Assembly (NCBI GenBank): GCA_002481545.1
Contig: DLEF01000057.1
Coordinates: 4,679 to 68,678, forward strand
Direction: 5' to 3'
Origin: Cyanobacteria bacterium UBA7753
GTDB taxonomy: Bacteria; Cyanobacteriota; Vampirovibrionia; Gastranaerophilales; Gastranaerophilaceae
Length of the DNA stretch: 64,000 nt
Numbering within the stretch: position 1 is the stretch's first letter; every line of letters starts with the position of its first letter. The position numbers and the translations under genes were made by a program. The notes beneath the pieces were generated by a model. The model saw nothing but the letters and a program-made list of their open reading frames with translations, was not told where the DNA came from and ran no database searches. Below are positions 46,148 through 55,797 of this stretch, piece by piece.

Positions 46148-47749
46148 ATGCAAATATACTCGGATAAAGTTTTTTATAACCCTGTTGATACCGTGGAAGT
46201 TTTTGAGCCGTCGGATATTGAAAACGGCTTTAAAAAGCTGGAAAAATTTAAAAAACAAGGTTTATACTTAATCGGGTATATGAGATATGACTTCAAGAAA
46301 TCGGCGAACGGGTATCCTCTTATATATTTTGAGGCGTACAAAGATTATGAAGAGTTTAAACTGACAGCTCCCAATTATAAAATCGGAACGGTTATTACTC
46401 CGCTAATCTCAAAGGATGAATACGTAAAAAATATTGAGTACATAAAAGCGCAGATAAAAGAGGGTATAACCTATGAGGTCAATTATACGTATCCGTCTTC
46501 CGTAAAGACAAATGCGAGCGATATCGACTTGTATAATTATTTTCTAAAAAAACAGAAAACGCCTTATAATGCTTTTATAAAAAATAAGTATGAGACTATT
46601 TTGTCGTTTTCCCCTGAGATGTTTTTTAAATTAGACGGGAATAAAATTCTCACAAAACCGATGAAAGGCACAATCGGAAGAGGGGAAACGGAAGAAGAGG
46701 ACAAAAAACTAAAAGAGTTTTTGTATAACGATACAAAAAACCGTGCCGAAAATATTATGATAGTAGACCTTTTAAGGAATGATTTGGGGAGAATTGCAAA
46801 AACAGGAACGGTTAATGTAGATAAACTTTTTGAAATAGAAGAGCACAAAACACTGTATCAGATGACTTCCGAGATTTCCGCGGAACTTGAAGATAATATT
46901 ACCTTATCGGACATTATAAAAGCCATTTACCCCTGCGGTTCTATCACGGGAGCCCCAAAGGTATCAACTATGCGCGTGATAGAAGAGACGGAACCGTTCC
47001 CAAGAGAGGTATATTGCGGAGCTATCGGGTATATTCATAACGAAAAAGCCGTTTTTTCCGTTCCGATAAGAATTTTACAAAAGAAGAATAATGAGCCCGA
47101 CTACAGATATTATGCAGGCGGAGCTATCGTTTGGGATTCTACGGCAGAGGATGAATGGGAGGAGACAAAAACAAAAACGAAGTTTCTGGAAACTGATTTT
47201 TCACTCATTGAGACATTTATTTTAGGTGACGACACAAATACACACTTTGAGCGTTTAAAAAACTCTGCCAAAGTCTTAGGTTTTATTTGGAATAAAAACA
47301 TTGAAACCTACAATTACAAAAAAGACATTGTATCAAGGATAGAACTACATAAAAACGGAGAATTTAATGTCACAACAAGACCTATCCCCGCACCAATCAA
47401 AAACCCTGTAATCAAAATATCGGGAGAAGTGAATACGGCGAACCCGTTTTTATACCATAAGACAAGCATAAGAGAGTCCGCACCAAAGGATGTTTTTGAC
47501 AAAATAAGAACAAACGAAAAAGGTGAAATAACTGAAGGAACATTTACAAATATAGCAATCAAAAAAGAAGATAAGATTTATACTCCGCCTGTCAGCTGCG
47601 GACTGTTAAACGGCATTACCCGACAAAAACTCATCAATGCAGGGAAGATAGAAGAAAAAGTCTTATATAAATCCGACTTGGAAAGCGCAGATGCCATATA
47701 TTGTTTTAACTCTGTAAGAGGAGTTGTGGAGGTGAAATTATGCTCATAA
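46148..47749 (+). CDS. pabB: aminodeoxychorismate synthase component I fused to an aminodeoxychorismate-lyase-like (class IV aminotransferase fold) domain
   Basis: Chorismate-binding motifs SPEMFF, PMKGT, DLLRNDLGR, GSITGAPK and YCGAIGY. About 185 further aa containing YHKTSIR. Confidence 0.72.
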   Translation: MQIYSDKVFYNPVDTVEVFEPSDIENGFKKLEKFKKQGLYLIGYMRYDFKKSANGYPLIYFEAYKDYEEFKLTAPNYKIGTVITPLISKDEYVKNIEYIKAQIKEGITYEVNYTYPSSVKTNASDIDLYNYFLKKQKTPYNAFIKNKYETILSFSPEMFFKLDGNKILTKPMKGTIGRGETEEEDKKLKEFLYNDTKNRAENIMIVDLLRNDLGRIAKTGTVNVDKLFEIEEHKTLYQMTSEISAELEDNITLSDIIKAIYPCGSITGAPKVSTMRVIEETEPFPREVYCGAIGYIHNEKAVFSVPIRILQKKNNEPDYRYYAGGAIVWDSTAEDEWEETKTKTKFLETDFSLIETFILGDDTNTHFERLKNSAKVLGFIWNKNIETYNYKKDIVSRIELHKNGEFNVTTRPIPAPIKNPVIKISGEVNTANPFLYHKTSIRESAPKDVFDKIRTNEKGEITEGTFTNIAIKKEDKIYTPPVSCGLLNGITRQKLINAGKIEEKVLYKSDLESADAIYCFNSVRGVVEVKLCS

Positions 47750-48300
47750 TAGACAATTACGATTCTTTCACCTACAATATTGTACAATATATAAAGATGC
47801 TCGGCATAAATCCAATCGTCATTAAAAATGACGAAATTACTTTAGACGAGATAAAAAACTTGGATTTTAAAAGGATAATCCTTTCGCCCGGGTGGGGAAA
47901 CCCCGATAACTCGGGAGTGAGTATGGAAGTTATAGACTTTTACAAAGATACCAAACCTATCCTTGGAGTGTGTCTCGGGATGCAATGTATCGCAAAATAC
48001 TACGGTTGTGATATTGTGCCTGCCCCCGAACCGTATCACGGCAAAAACTCTGATATATACTATGATGATGATTTTATCTTATTTAAAGGGTTTAAGCAGG
48101 GCTTTAGCGCAACAAGATATCATTCACTCATCATTAGCAATATAAGTGATAAAATAAAAGTCACCGCAAAAACAAAAGACAATATTCCTATGGCAATTCA
48201 GGTAAAAGATAAACCGATATTCGGAGTACAGTTTCATCCCGAATCAATTTTAACTGAGAACGGAATCAATATTTTTAAGAATTTTATAAGCTTAACTTAA
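47740..48300 (+). CDS. pabA: aminodeoxychorismate/anthranilate synthase component II (glutamine amidotransferase)
   Basis: MLIIDNYDSFTYNIVQY, GVCLGMQ and FGVQFHPES. Overlaps the preceding gene by 10 nt. Confidence 0.8.
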   Translation: MLIIDNYDSFTYNIVQYIKMLGINPIVIKNDEITLDEIKNLDFKRIILSPGWGNPDNSGVSMEVIDFYKDTKPILGVCLGMQCIAKYYGCDIVPAPEPYHGKNSDIYYDDDFILFKGFKQGFSATRYHSLIISNISDKIKVTAKTKDNIPMAIQVKDKPIFGVQFHPESILTENGINIFKNFISLT

Positions 48301-48980
48301 TTACAAACAGGGACATTAAACAAATTTTTGTCAAATTCGTCAAAGTTGTCAATTATTTGGTAGACATAATCCAAATTTTCATACAATGAATGACTCTCAA
48401 GAGATGCGATAGCAATTATTTTCCCGATACCTGCTCTGTGCGCGGACTCTAAGCCGGACAGGGCATCTTCTACAACAATACAATCTTTAGGTTCAAGCCC
48501 TAAATTTTTGCTTGCGATTTGGTATATTTCAGGATCAGGTTTTCCTTTTATTTTGCCGTTTGAATAGACAATTTTATCTAGGTCAAACCACTGTGCGAGA
48601 TTAAACACTTTTATATAAAATTCGACATTCTGCCACTCTGACATCGTTGCAATAGTCATCGGGATATTATTTTCTTTTAGCCAATTTAAGAACTCAACCG
48701 CCCCCGGAGCGAGTTTCAAATTCTTTTTATCTTTCAGGCATTGTTCTCTGTACAGTGATTCTTTTTCATATGCGAGCTTTTCTACCATTTCATCTGATGG
48801 AGTCTTTCCCGTACAATATTCAATAATATCTTTATTTGTTCTTCCGAACATATATTTTCTCATCTCATCATCGGTAAATTCATACCCTCTTAACTTTTTT
48901 GAGAAAATTCTCCATGCATCATAATGCAGTTTAGAATCCCAAAACAATGTTCCGTTAAAATCAAATATTATTCCGTCCAT
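48297..48980 (-). CDS. HAD-superfamily hydrolase (beta-phosphoglucomutase-like subfamily)
   Basis: Motif I is IIFDFNGTL (D-x-N rather than D-x-D). Motif III-IV is GKPDPEIY...VVEDALSG. I chose the ATG at 48980, which has an AGAGG RBS. Confidence 0.7.
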   Translation of the reverse strand: MDGIIFDFNGTLFWDSKLHYDAWRIFSKKLRGYEFTDDEMRKYMFGRTNKDIIEYCTGKTPSDEMVEKLAYEKESLYREQCLKDKKNLKLAPGAVEFLNWLKENNIPMTIATMSEWQNVEFYIKVFNLAQWFDLDKIVYSNGKIKGKPDPEIYQIASKNLGLEPKDCIVVEDALSGLESAHRAGIGKIIAIASLESHSLYENLDYVYQIIDNFDEFDKNLFNVPVCN

Positions 48981-49052
48981 AATTACCTCTCTTATATAAT
49001 TTATCATAACAAAGAGATAATTTCACGGATATATTTTATCTGACAGTCAGTT

Positions 49053-50306
49053 TTAATCTCTTTCCGATATTGTAAGAGCGTTTGAAAGGGCAATACCGCC
49101 TTGAACAGGAGGTCTGTTTGTAACGGCTCCCGATACATACATTACGGTAGAACCACCGCCGTCTAAGTTCATTGCATTTACACATCCGAGTTTTTGCATA
49201 TAGTATGCAAGTTCCTTCAAAGTTAAACCGATAGAGCTGCCTTCTCTGCCGTCTGCCGTAACTATGATAAACTTGTTATCTTTTGTATAACCGATAGCCG
49301 TTCTCGGATTTCTTCCGTCGATTGAGAGCAGTTTTTCATCCTGAATATCGACATAAACCTGACCGTTTCTTACGAGGTAAGGACCACCGCTGATTATATG
49401 GTTTACATTTTCCCATTCAGGCAATGTTTTTACATCAAGACTTACTCGGTCATTTATTTTTAATTCAGAGAGCTTGTTTGCAGGCCCAACAAGGACATAT
49501 CCGTCCGCAGGGATAGCACTTCTGCTGACACCGATTGCGGTAACTTTTCCGCCCGATACAATAACCTGTCTGCCGTTTTTCGGGGTTGCAGGAGTAACCT
49601 TCCCCCAAAGGGGAGTGTAGCATAGGGTAAATCCGACTGACATACGAGGTTGATTGATATTGTCAATCTTTATGCTGTTCCAACCATGTTTAACGGAGGC
49701 ATTTAATTGAACTTTATCCATTTTGAATCCGTCGCCAAATATGCCCATTGCTACCCTGTTAAATACAGGCCCTGTATATAGTTTTTTGTCCACCATCATT
49801 GTTCCGAGAGGACAACCTGTTTGCGGTAAGAAAAAAGCACCGTTTACGGCCACTAATGATTTGTTACGTCTTGCCATAGCAGTAATCGATGCTTTATGAG
49901 AAAGAGTTGTTGAGGCTATAACCGGTTCTACCTTTATCTTGGGGTTGACATTCAAATCCGCCTCGATAACGTTTAACCTGACAGGACGCCCCTGATAATA
50001 CCTGACAAGTTTTATGTGTTTGACACCTTTTGTAACTGTTTTTATCCTGCAGTTAGCATATTTCCTGTTTATATAAGCATTAAACTCCTCTTCACTTTGT
50101 TCTTTCATCTCAATTTTGTCCAGTGTTCGCTCTATTTTGATAGAGTTTACCAGAGGAGGTGAAACAATACCATTGACTATCTTGATATTATCCGCCAATA
50201 CAAAACTGTTTTGAGAGAATATGAAGGAAGCAACTAATACTACATTTGCACACAGAATTAAAAATCTTGCTCTGTTTAGAGTGGAGTAAATAGTATCCAT
50301 AGGCAC
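49053..50306 (-). CDS. phosphodiester glycosidase family protein (NAGPA/DUF2233-like), signal-anchored
   Basis: N-terminal hydrophobic anchor, AVNGAFF, RTAIGYTKDNKFIIVTADGR and NLDGGGSTVMY. Confidence 0.72.
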   Translation of the reverse strand: MPMDTIYSTLNRARFLILCANVVLVASFIFSQNSFVLADNIKIVNGIVSPPLVNSIKIERTLDKIEMKEQSEEEFNAYINRKYANCRIKTVTKGVKHIKLVRYYQGRPVRLNVIEADLNVNPKIKVEPVIASTTLSHKASITAMARRNKSLVAVNGAFFLPQTGCPLGTMMVDKKLYTGPVFNRVAMGIFGDGFKMDKVQLNASVKHGWNSIKIDNINQPRMSVGFTLCYTPLWGKVTPATPKNGRQVIVSGGKVTAIGVSRSAIPADGYVLVGPANKLSELKINDRVSLDVKTLPEWENVNHIISGGPYLVRNGQVYVDIQDEKLLSIDGRNPRTAIGYTKDNKFIIVTADGREGSSIGLTLKELAYYMQKLGCVNAMNLDGGGSTVMYVSGAVTNRPPVQGGIALSNALTISERD

Positions 50307-50612
50307 CTCAAAATTATGTAAAGTAACCGGATACCTTTTTTATTAAAGAGTGGTGAGTGGGGAATAACACTCTGTAAGGGCCGTGCCTAATCTTTTCTTT
50401 TTTTGTGGGGTGGTTAGGACCTAAGTCCTTACATTAATATAGTACCACATTTTTGAACTTTTTAAACCATTTCAAACCCTTTTATAGCAATAATTTTACA
50501 AAACTAAATAGTGTAAAACGTACACACAGACAATGTTTCAGCGTTTTAATAATGGTAAAACATACACTATTAAAGGAAAAGAGTACATTTTACACTTCTC
50601 TTATTTTATCCG

Positions 50613-51674
50613 TTATGCTGCAGAACTGCTTGAAGAGCTGCTGCTTGAAGAACTACCGCCAGATGATGCGCCTGCGCCGGAAGATGTAACGCCTGATGAT
50701 GTTCCTGCGGAATCGCCACTTGATATACTATCAGGTGCGGATGAGCTGTCTATACTCTCGGAATTTTCTTGTACTGATTTTAAAGATATTTTATTATCTA
50801 ATGCTATAGCATTGACAAGTTTATTAGTATTTTCCGACATTTTTACTGTTTCATTGCCTTGTTTAATAGCATTATTTGCAATTTTACGACGTCCATGGCT
50901 AAATAATCCGCCAATCAGACCACCTATCAGTCCGCCAATTGCTCCTGCAAGAAGACCGATTCCAACTCCAGCCATTATTTTAAGTAATCCGCTTGAATGT
51001 CCCTTCAAGGTATTACCCAATTCTATAGTAGCATTACCATACTCTTTAGATTGTTTTGAATTATTATCAGCTCCATTAAGAACACTATCTATATCTTCAA
51101 GATTTACTTCAACTCCATCGACTTCAGTTCCATTCTTGCCTTTTAGAGCATCAAAAAAACTAATATCTTCTTTAAATTCACCTTGTTTAAGTGGATTATA
51201 GTCTTCCTTTGCATTTTGCTTAAGCTCATTTAATAATTTTGTAACCTCACTTTCGTCAGTATTACCAGTTTGCTTACCGTCGTCAATTTGAGGCACAAAC
51301 GGAGACATTTTAGATACATTTTGTAAATCCCTATCTTCCATTTCTTTCGAAAGATCTGTCATTTCTTTACACATACTTTTCAAGCTCATACCTTCTTCCT
51401 GCATAGCTTGAATATATGATACTGCATCCTCAGGACTCATTCCTCCTGAATCTTTTTGAGCTTCTCCATATGTAATAGTAGAATTAGGATCTGACTTCAC
51501 TGTATCTTGTGCCCAGTCCAACACATCCTTTGGAATTGAAAGTCCATCATTATTATAAGCATCAACTATTTGCTTAGCTGTCATATTTGTATAAGAAGGC
51601 TGTTCACCTGTTTTATTTGAATTTAAGTGGCTTGTTTTTGATGTTATTCTCTCTTTTATGGCATCAACTGGCAT
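50613..51674 (-). CDS. hypothetical protein with glycine-zipper TM segment and poly-Ser C-terminal tail
   Basis: GVGIGLLAGAIGGLIGGLIGGLF followed by an S/G-rich tail ending in a run of 12 consecutive Ser. Start is uncertain (51674 or 51746). Confidence 0.5.
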   Translation of the reverse strand: MPVDAIKERITSKTSHLNSNKTGEQPSYTNMTAKQIVDAYNNDGLSIPKDVLDWAQDTVKSDPNSTITYGEAQKDSGGMSPEDAVSYIQAMQEEGMSLKSMCKEMTDLSKEMEDRDLQNVSKMSPFVPQIDDGKQTGNTDESEVTKLLNELKQNAKEDYNPLKQGEFKEDISFFDALKGKNGTEVDGVEVNLEDIDSVLNGADNNSKQSKEYGNATIELGNTLKGHSSGLLKIMAGVGIGLLAGAIGGLIGGLIGGLFSHGRRKIANNAIKQGNETVKMSENTNKLVNAIALDNKISLKSVQENSESIDSSSAPDSISSGDSAGTSSGVTSSGAGASSGGSSSSSSSSSSSAA

Positions 51675-51793
51675 AAATACTCTCTCTCTTTTATACTTAC
51701 ATCCATGTATTAAAAGTATTTCAAATTTGTTCGTTTTCATTTGCAACCGATTTTGTTACAAAATTTAACATAAATAATAACAAAATGAAAAAC

Positions 51794-51827
51794 AAAAAAG
51801 CCCGAAATATGAACTTCGGACTTTTTT
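51794..51827 (-). terminator. rho-independent terminator after rpsI
   Basis: gtccgaa / ttcgggc stem (one G-U pair), 8-nt loop, T6 on the minus strand. Confidence 0.65.
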
Positions 51828-51849
51828 GTATATTGTAAATCTGTAAAAA

Positions 51850-52245
51850 TTATCTCTTTGAGAATTGGAATCTCTTACGAGCTCTTTTTCTACCGTATTT
51901 TTTACGTTCTTTAACTCTTGCATCACGGGTTAACAAACCTTCTGATCTCAAAACTGCTTTGTATTCTTCGTTTGATTTTAACAAAGCTCTTGCGATACCG
52001 TGTCTGATAGCACCTGATTGACCAACGATTCCACCGCCTACAGCTTTAACTCTTACATCATATTTGTCTTGATTTTCAGTTAAAACTAACGGTCTGTAAA
52101 TCATCATCTCTACAGCCGGTCTGTTACCGATATATGCAGATAAAGTTTTTCCGTTTACAAAGATTCTACCTTTACCCTTAACGAGCTTAACAATAGCGAT
52201 AGAATTTTTTCTGCGACCTGTCGCAACTATTTCATTACTTGCCAT
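51850..52245 (-). CDS. rpsI: 30S ribosomal protein S9
   Basis: GGGIVGQSGAIRHGIARAL and C-terminal KKYGRKRARKRFQFSKR. Confidence 0.95.
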   Translation of the reverse strand: MASNEIVATGRRKNSIAIVKLVKGKGRIFVNGKTLSAYIGNRPAVEMMIYRPLVLTENQDKYDVRVKAVGGGIVGQSGAIRHGIARALLKSNEEYKAVLRSEGLLTRDARVKERKKYGRKRARKRFQFSKR

Positions 52246-52688
52246 TATTTAGCCTCCTTTTCTAACACAATCGGTTTTTGAGCAGCATGCGGATGGTTAG
52301 GACCACAATATACTTTTAACTTAGTGAATTGTTGATCACCTAAAGTATTGTGTTGTAACATACCTTTTACTGCCTTTTCAATCAATTTGGTAGCATCTTT
52401 TTCTCTTACTTCTTTAACAGAAGCAGCTTTTAAACCTCCCGGATATCCGGTATGGTGATAATAAATTTTGTCTGTTTCTTTCTTACCTGAAACCAATACT
52501 TTCTCAGCGTTGATAACGATTACGAAATCGCCTGTATCAACGTTAGGAGTGTATTCAGGTTTATTCTTTCCTCTTAAAATGTCAGCGACACGAGTAGCTA
52601 AACGACCTAAGATTTCTCCGTCGGCGTCTATTACATACCATTTTCTTTCTACTTCAAGAGGTTTTGCTGAATATGTTTTATTCATCAT
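52245..52688 (-). CDS. rplM: 50S ribosomal protein L13
   Basis: [20 protein letters not shown] and [10 protein letters not shown]. Confidence 0.95.
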   Translation of the reverse strand: MMNKTYSAKPLEVERKWYVIDADGEILGRLATRVADILRGKNKPEYTPNVDTGDFVIVINAEKVLVSGKKETDKIYYHHTGYPGGLKAASVKEVREKDATKLIEKAVKGMLQHNTLGDQQFTKLKVYCGPNHPHAAQKPIVLEKEAK

Positions 52689-52754
52689 TTTTCTTGTTTC
52701 CTTTTATTTACTTTCCTGTTTTACTTCGTTAAAAGCTGATTATTAAACTCATTG

Positions 52755-53543
52755 TTAAAACAATTCGTTAGGATATTCAACCTTCATCAATGTCAAACCT
52801 TCAGGTTTAACGGTTTCGCCCGCCTTTCGGCGGTCTTTTGCCTCAAGCACCTCCCTCATATGTTCGGGCTCAAGGCTGTGTCCCTCAATCGTTAAAAGCG
52901 TCCCGACAATTGTTCTTACCATATTGTAAAGAAACCTGTTACCCTCTATATCAAGGATAACTTTGTCGCCGTCTCTTACGACCTCGGCTTTATATAAAAT
53001 ACAGACTTTGCTCGGGTTAAGCGTTCCGGAGGACTTGAAACTTGAAAAATCATGTTCCCCTAACAAATATTTCAAAGATTTATTCATCCTATCAACATCC
53101 GTTTTGAACTTCACTCTCATCAAAACACCGTCAAACGCCTGCTTGTATCGTCGGTTTATAAACTCAAACCGATACCAACGTCTTATCGCCGATTTTTGAG
53201 CATGAAAATCATCGGGAACAATCTTCAAGTCAGAGATTGAAATATCTTGAGGCAATATCTCGTTCACGTGATAGATAAAATCTGAAGCAACAATATTTTT
53301 ATCATAATCAAAATGAACCACTTGCCCTAAAGCATTAACACCTCTGTCCGTTCTGCCGGAAAAGACTGTTTTTATAGCTCTGTTTGTCTGTGAGCGGTTC
53401 GCACCGCTGTTTAAGAATGTACAAATTGCCCTTTCAAGTTCTCCTTGTACGGTGGGAAACTTTCGCTCTTTGCCTCCTTCAAACTGAATTTGGCTCCCTG
53501 CATAGTTCTTCCCGATATACTGAACCCGAAGTGCGTATCTCAT
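52755..53543 (-). CDS. truA: tRNA pseudouridine(38-40) synthase
   Basis: YIGKNYAGSQIQ, GRTDRGVNALGQVVHF and FLYNMVR. Confidence 0.9.
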   Translation of the reverse strand: MRYALRVQYIGKNYAGSQIQFEGGKERKFPTVQGELERAICTFLNSGANRSQTNRAIKTVFSGRTDRGVNALGQVVHFDYDKNIVASDFIYHVNEILPQDISISDLKIVPDDFHAQKSAIRRWYRFEFINRRYKQAFDGVLMRVKFKTDVDRMNKSLKYLLGEHDFSSFKSSGTLNPSKVCILYKAEVVRDGDKVILDIEGNRFLYNMVRTIVGTLLTIEGHSLEPEHMREVLEAKDRRKAGETVKPEGLTLMKVEYPNELF

Positions 53544-53547
53544 TCAA

Positions 53548-53976
53548 TTATACCAATTGAATAAGTGCCATTTCAGTAGCATCACCACGTCTAGGAGGTA
53601 ATCTGAAGATACGAGTGTAACCACCGTTTCTTGATTCATATTCCTTGCTGATAGTTGAGAATAATTTTCTCAATACAGTTTGTGATACTAACTTTTTACC
53701 TTCTTCCATAGATTCGTAAACCTTTGCGGTTTCAGGATCCATGTACTTTCCTGTTTCTTTATCAAAGATAAACTTAGCAGCTTGTCTGCGCGAATTTAAG
53801 TCACCTTTTTTAGCCAAAGTGATAATCCCTTCTGCATATGGTTTCAAAGCTTTTGCTCTTGCCATAGTAGTCTTGATTTCACCATGAGTAAACAATTCGG
53901 TAGCTAATGAACGCAACAAAGCTTTTCTTTGGTCTTGCGCCTTGCTAAGTGTATGTTTTTTAGTTTGGTGTCTCAT
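53548..53976 (-). CDS. rplQ: 50S ribosomal protein L17
   Basis: MRHQTKKHTL..A.DQRKALLRSLA..L..HGEI.TT..RAK.L, C-terminal GGYTRI. Confidence 0.9.
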   Translation of the reverse strand: MRHQTKKHTLSKAQDQRKALLRSLATELFTHGEIKTTMARAKALKPYAEGIITLAKKGDLNSRRQAAKFIFDKETGKYMDPETAKVYESMEEGKKLVSQTVLRKLFSTISKEYESRNGGYTRIFRLPPRRGDATEMALIQLV

Positions 53977-54047
53977 TTTTATATTCCTTTATTTTACTAT
54001 TTTTATTCCTATCGCCTAAACTAAGGTTTAAGCATAGGTGACAGTAA

Positions 54048-55064
54048 TTAGTCACCTATAAGAACATCGTTTTCATCTTCAACCGCATTTGGCATCAAAT
54101 CTAAACCGTGTTCACGAAGTTTTTCTACAACTTCATCAGCTGATTTCTTACCGAAATTCTTGATACTGATTAAATCATTTTCAGATTTCTTTAATAATTC
54201 AGCCATTGTATCTATACTTGCTCTCTTCAAGCAATTATAAGCTCTTACTGATAATTCCAAATCTTCAATCGTGATTGAAGGTTCTGCTTCAGCTTCTTCC
54301 TTAGGAGCCTCAGCCTCATCATCAATAATCATGCTGTTTGATTCGGAAGTTTCATAGTTTGACAATACCGGAGCATGACCGGAAATGCTTGAAATTTGAA
54401 CGAAGTGTTCAATCAACAAGTCTGCAGCTTGAGTCAATGCAGTAACTACATCAACAGTACCGTTAGACCAAATTTCAAGAGTCAACTTATCAAAGTCGAT
54501 TGAATCACCGACACGAGCACTTTCAACATCATATTTTACACGTTTGATAGGCATGAATGTTGCATCGATTGGCAACAAGTCAACAGGAACACCCTCTTTG
54601 TTACGAGGAACATCATGAGGAACGTATCCTTTACCTGTCTCAACGGTAAATTCAGCGTGGAAGCTGCCGCCGTCAGCAATTGTACAAATTAACCAGTCAG
54701 GGTTAACGATTTTAACACCTGCAGGAAGTTGTATATCACTAGCTAATACCGGTCCCGGTCTGTCAATATCAATTCTCAAGGTTTGGGTTTCTTTTGAATC
54801 CATCTTGATTGATAATCCTTTTAAGTTCAACAAAACGTCAACAACATCTTCTTGAACACCAGGGATTGCAGTGTATTCGTGAGTAATACCTTCAATTCTT
54901 GCAGAGGTAACAGCCGTACCTTCAAGACTTGATAACAAAACTCTTCTTAAAGCGTTACCTATGGTAATACCGAACCCTCTTTCCAAAGGGCTGATTACGA
55001 ATTTACCATATTGTGAGCCATCAGAATATGTGGCGGTATTAACAGTTTTAATTTCTAAATCCAT
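54048..55064 (-). CDS. rpoA: DNA-directed RNA polymerase subunit alpha
   Basis: GKFVISPLERGFGITIGNALRRVLLSSL and alpha-CTD LELSVRAYNCLKRA. Confidence 0.95.
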   Translation of the reverse strand: MDLEIKTVNTATYSDGSQYGKFVISPLERGFGITIGNALRRVLLSSLEGTAVTSARIEGITHEYTAIPGVQEDVVDVLLNLKGLSIKMDSKETQTLRIDIDRPGPVLASDIQLPAGVKIVNPDWLICTIADGGSFHAEFTVETGKGYVPHDVPRNKEGVPVDLLPIDATFMPIKRVKYDVESARVGDSIDFDKLTLEIWSNGTVDVVTALTQAADLLIEHFVQISSISGHAPVLSNYETSESNSMIIDDEAEAPKEEAEAEPSITIEDLELSVRAYNCLKRASIDTMAELLKKSENDLISIKNFGKKSADEVVEKLREHGLDLMPNAVEDENDVLIGD

Positions 55065-55085
55065 TATAATTTCTCCTATCAGATT

Positions 55086-55688
55086 TTACTTAGAATAATA
55101 CTCAATTACTAATTGTTCCTTAAAGTCAGGATCTAATTCTTCCCTTGAAGGAACTCTGTCAAAAGTAATCTTTAATGCATCACTATCAACTGTCATCCAT
55201 GCCGGAGCACAAGACAAATCAATTGCTGACATAACTGTCTTCAAGTAATCTGAACTTTTTGACTTAACGGTAATAACATCTTCAGGCTTAATTAAGTAAG
55301 AAGGAATATCAACCTTTTTACCGTTTACTAAAACGTGACCGTGGTTAACAATCTGTCTTGATTGTTTACGAGTAACGCCAAAACCTGCTCTGAATAATAC
55401 GTTATCAAGTCTGGATTCCAAAATTTGTAAAAGAATCGTACCCGTTACGCCTTTTCTTCTTGCAGCTTCATTATAGTATTTAGCAAATTGTTTTTCGCTT
55501 ACTAAATATGTCATTCTGATTTTTTGTTTTTCATTTAAGTGAATTGCATATTCTGAAAGTTTCTTTCTTACTGCGCCATGCTGACCTGAAGCATTTTGTC
55601 TCATAGAAGAAGTTAACTTTCTGTTTGATAAATCTTTTACCCCGTAGTTACGGAATAATTTATTCGTAGGTCCTGTATATCTTGCCAT
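55086..55688 (-). CDS. rpsD: 30S ribosomal protein S4
   Basis: MARYTGP start with AAGGAG RBS, and an S4 domain LESRLDNVLFR..F..TR.Q.RQ.V.HGH. The upstream in-frame 26 codons were rejected. Confidence 0.9.
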   Translation of the reverse strand: MARYTGPTNKLFRNYGVKDLSNRKLTSSMRQNASGQHGAVRKKLSEYAIHLNEKQKIRMTYLVSEKQFAKYYNEAARRKGVTGTILLQILESRLDNVLFRAGFGVTRKQSRQIVNHGHVLVNGKKVDIPSYLIKPEDVITVKSKSSDYLKTVMSAIDLSCAPAWMTVDSDALKITFDRVPSREELDPDFKEQLVIEYYSK

Positions 55689-55797
55689 ATTTTCTCCTTT
55701 TCCGGCCGGGCATCTATGGTTTGTCCGTTTGGCGGCGGTCAAGCCCCGACCATTGTCAACAAGCATTTAGCCGTTGAATGTGTTACATCATACGTGA

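Noticed and set aside
50307-50612. 306-nt spacer upstream of the phosphodiester glycosidase gene with small hairpins (agagtg...cactct, aggac-ctaa-gtcct), considered as a riboswitch.
   Set aside because: I could not match it to any riboswitch consensus I know, and the hairpins are short. It is left unannotated.
50533-51201. 222-aa + strand ORF (L/E/P/S-rich).
   Set aside because: - It is the antisense shadow of the 50613..51674 gene.
- Its low-complexity sequence is the complement of the poly-Ser/Gly-zipper codons.
- It has no RBS and no independent support.
55689-55766. In-frame 26-codon extension of rpsD (MLVDNGRGLTAAKRTNHRCPAGKGEN).
   Set aside because: - S4 proteins start MARYTGP.
- A strong AAGGAG RBS precedes the internal ATG at 55688.
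- The extension lies in the GC-rich spacer.
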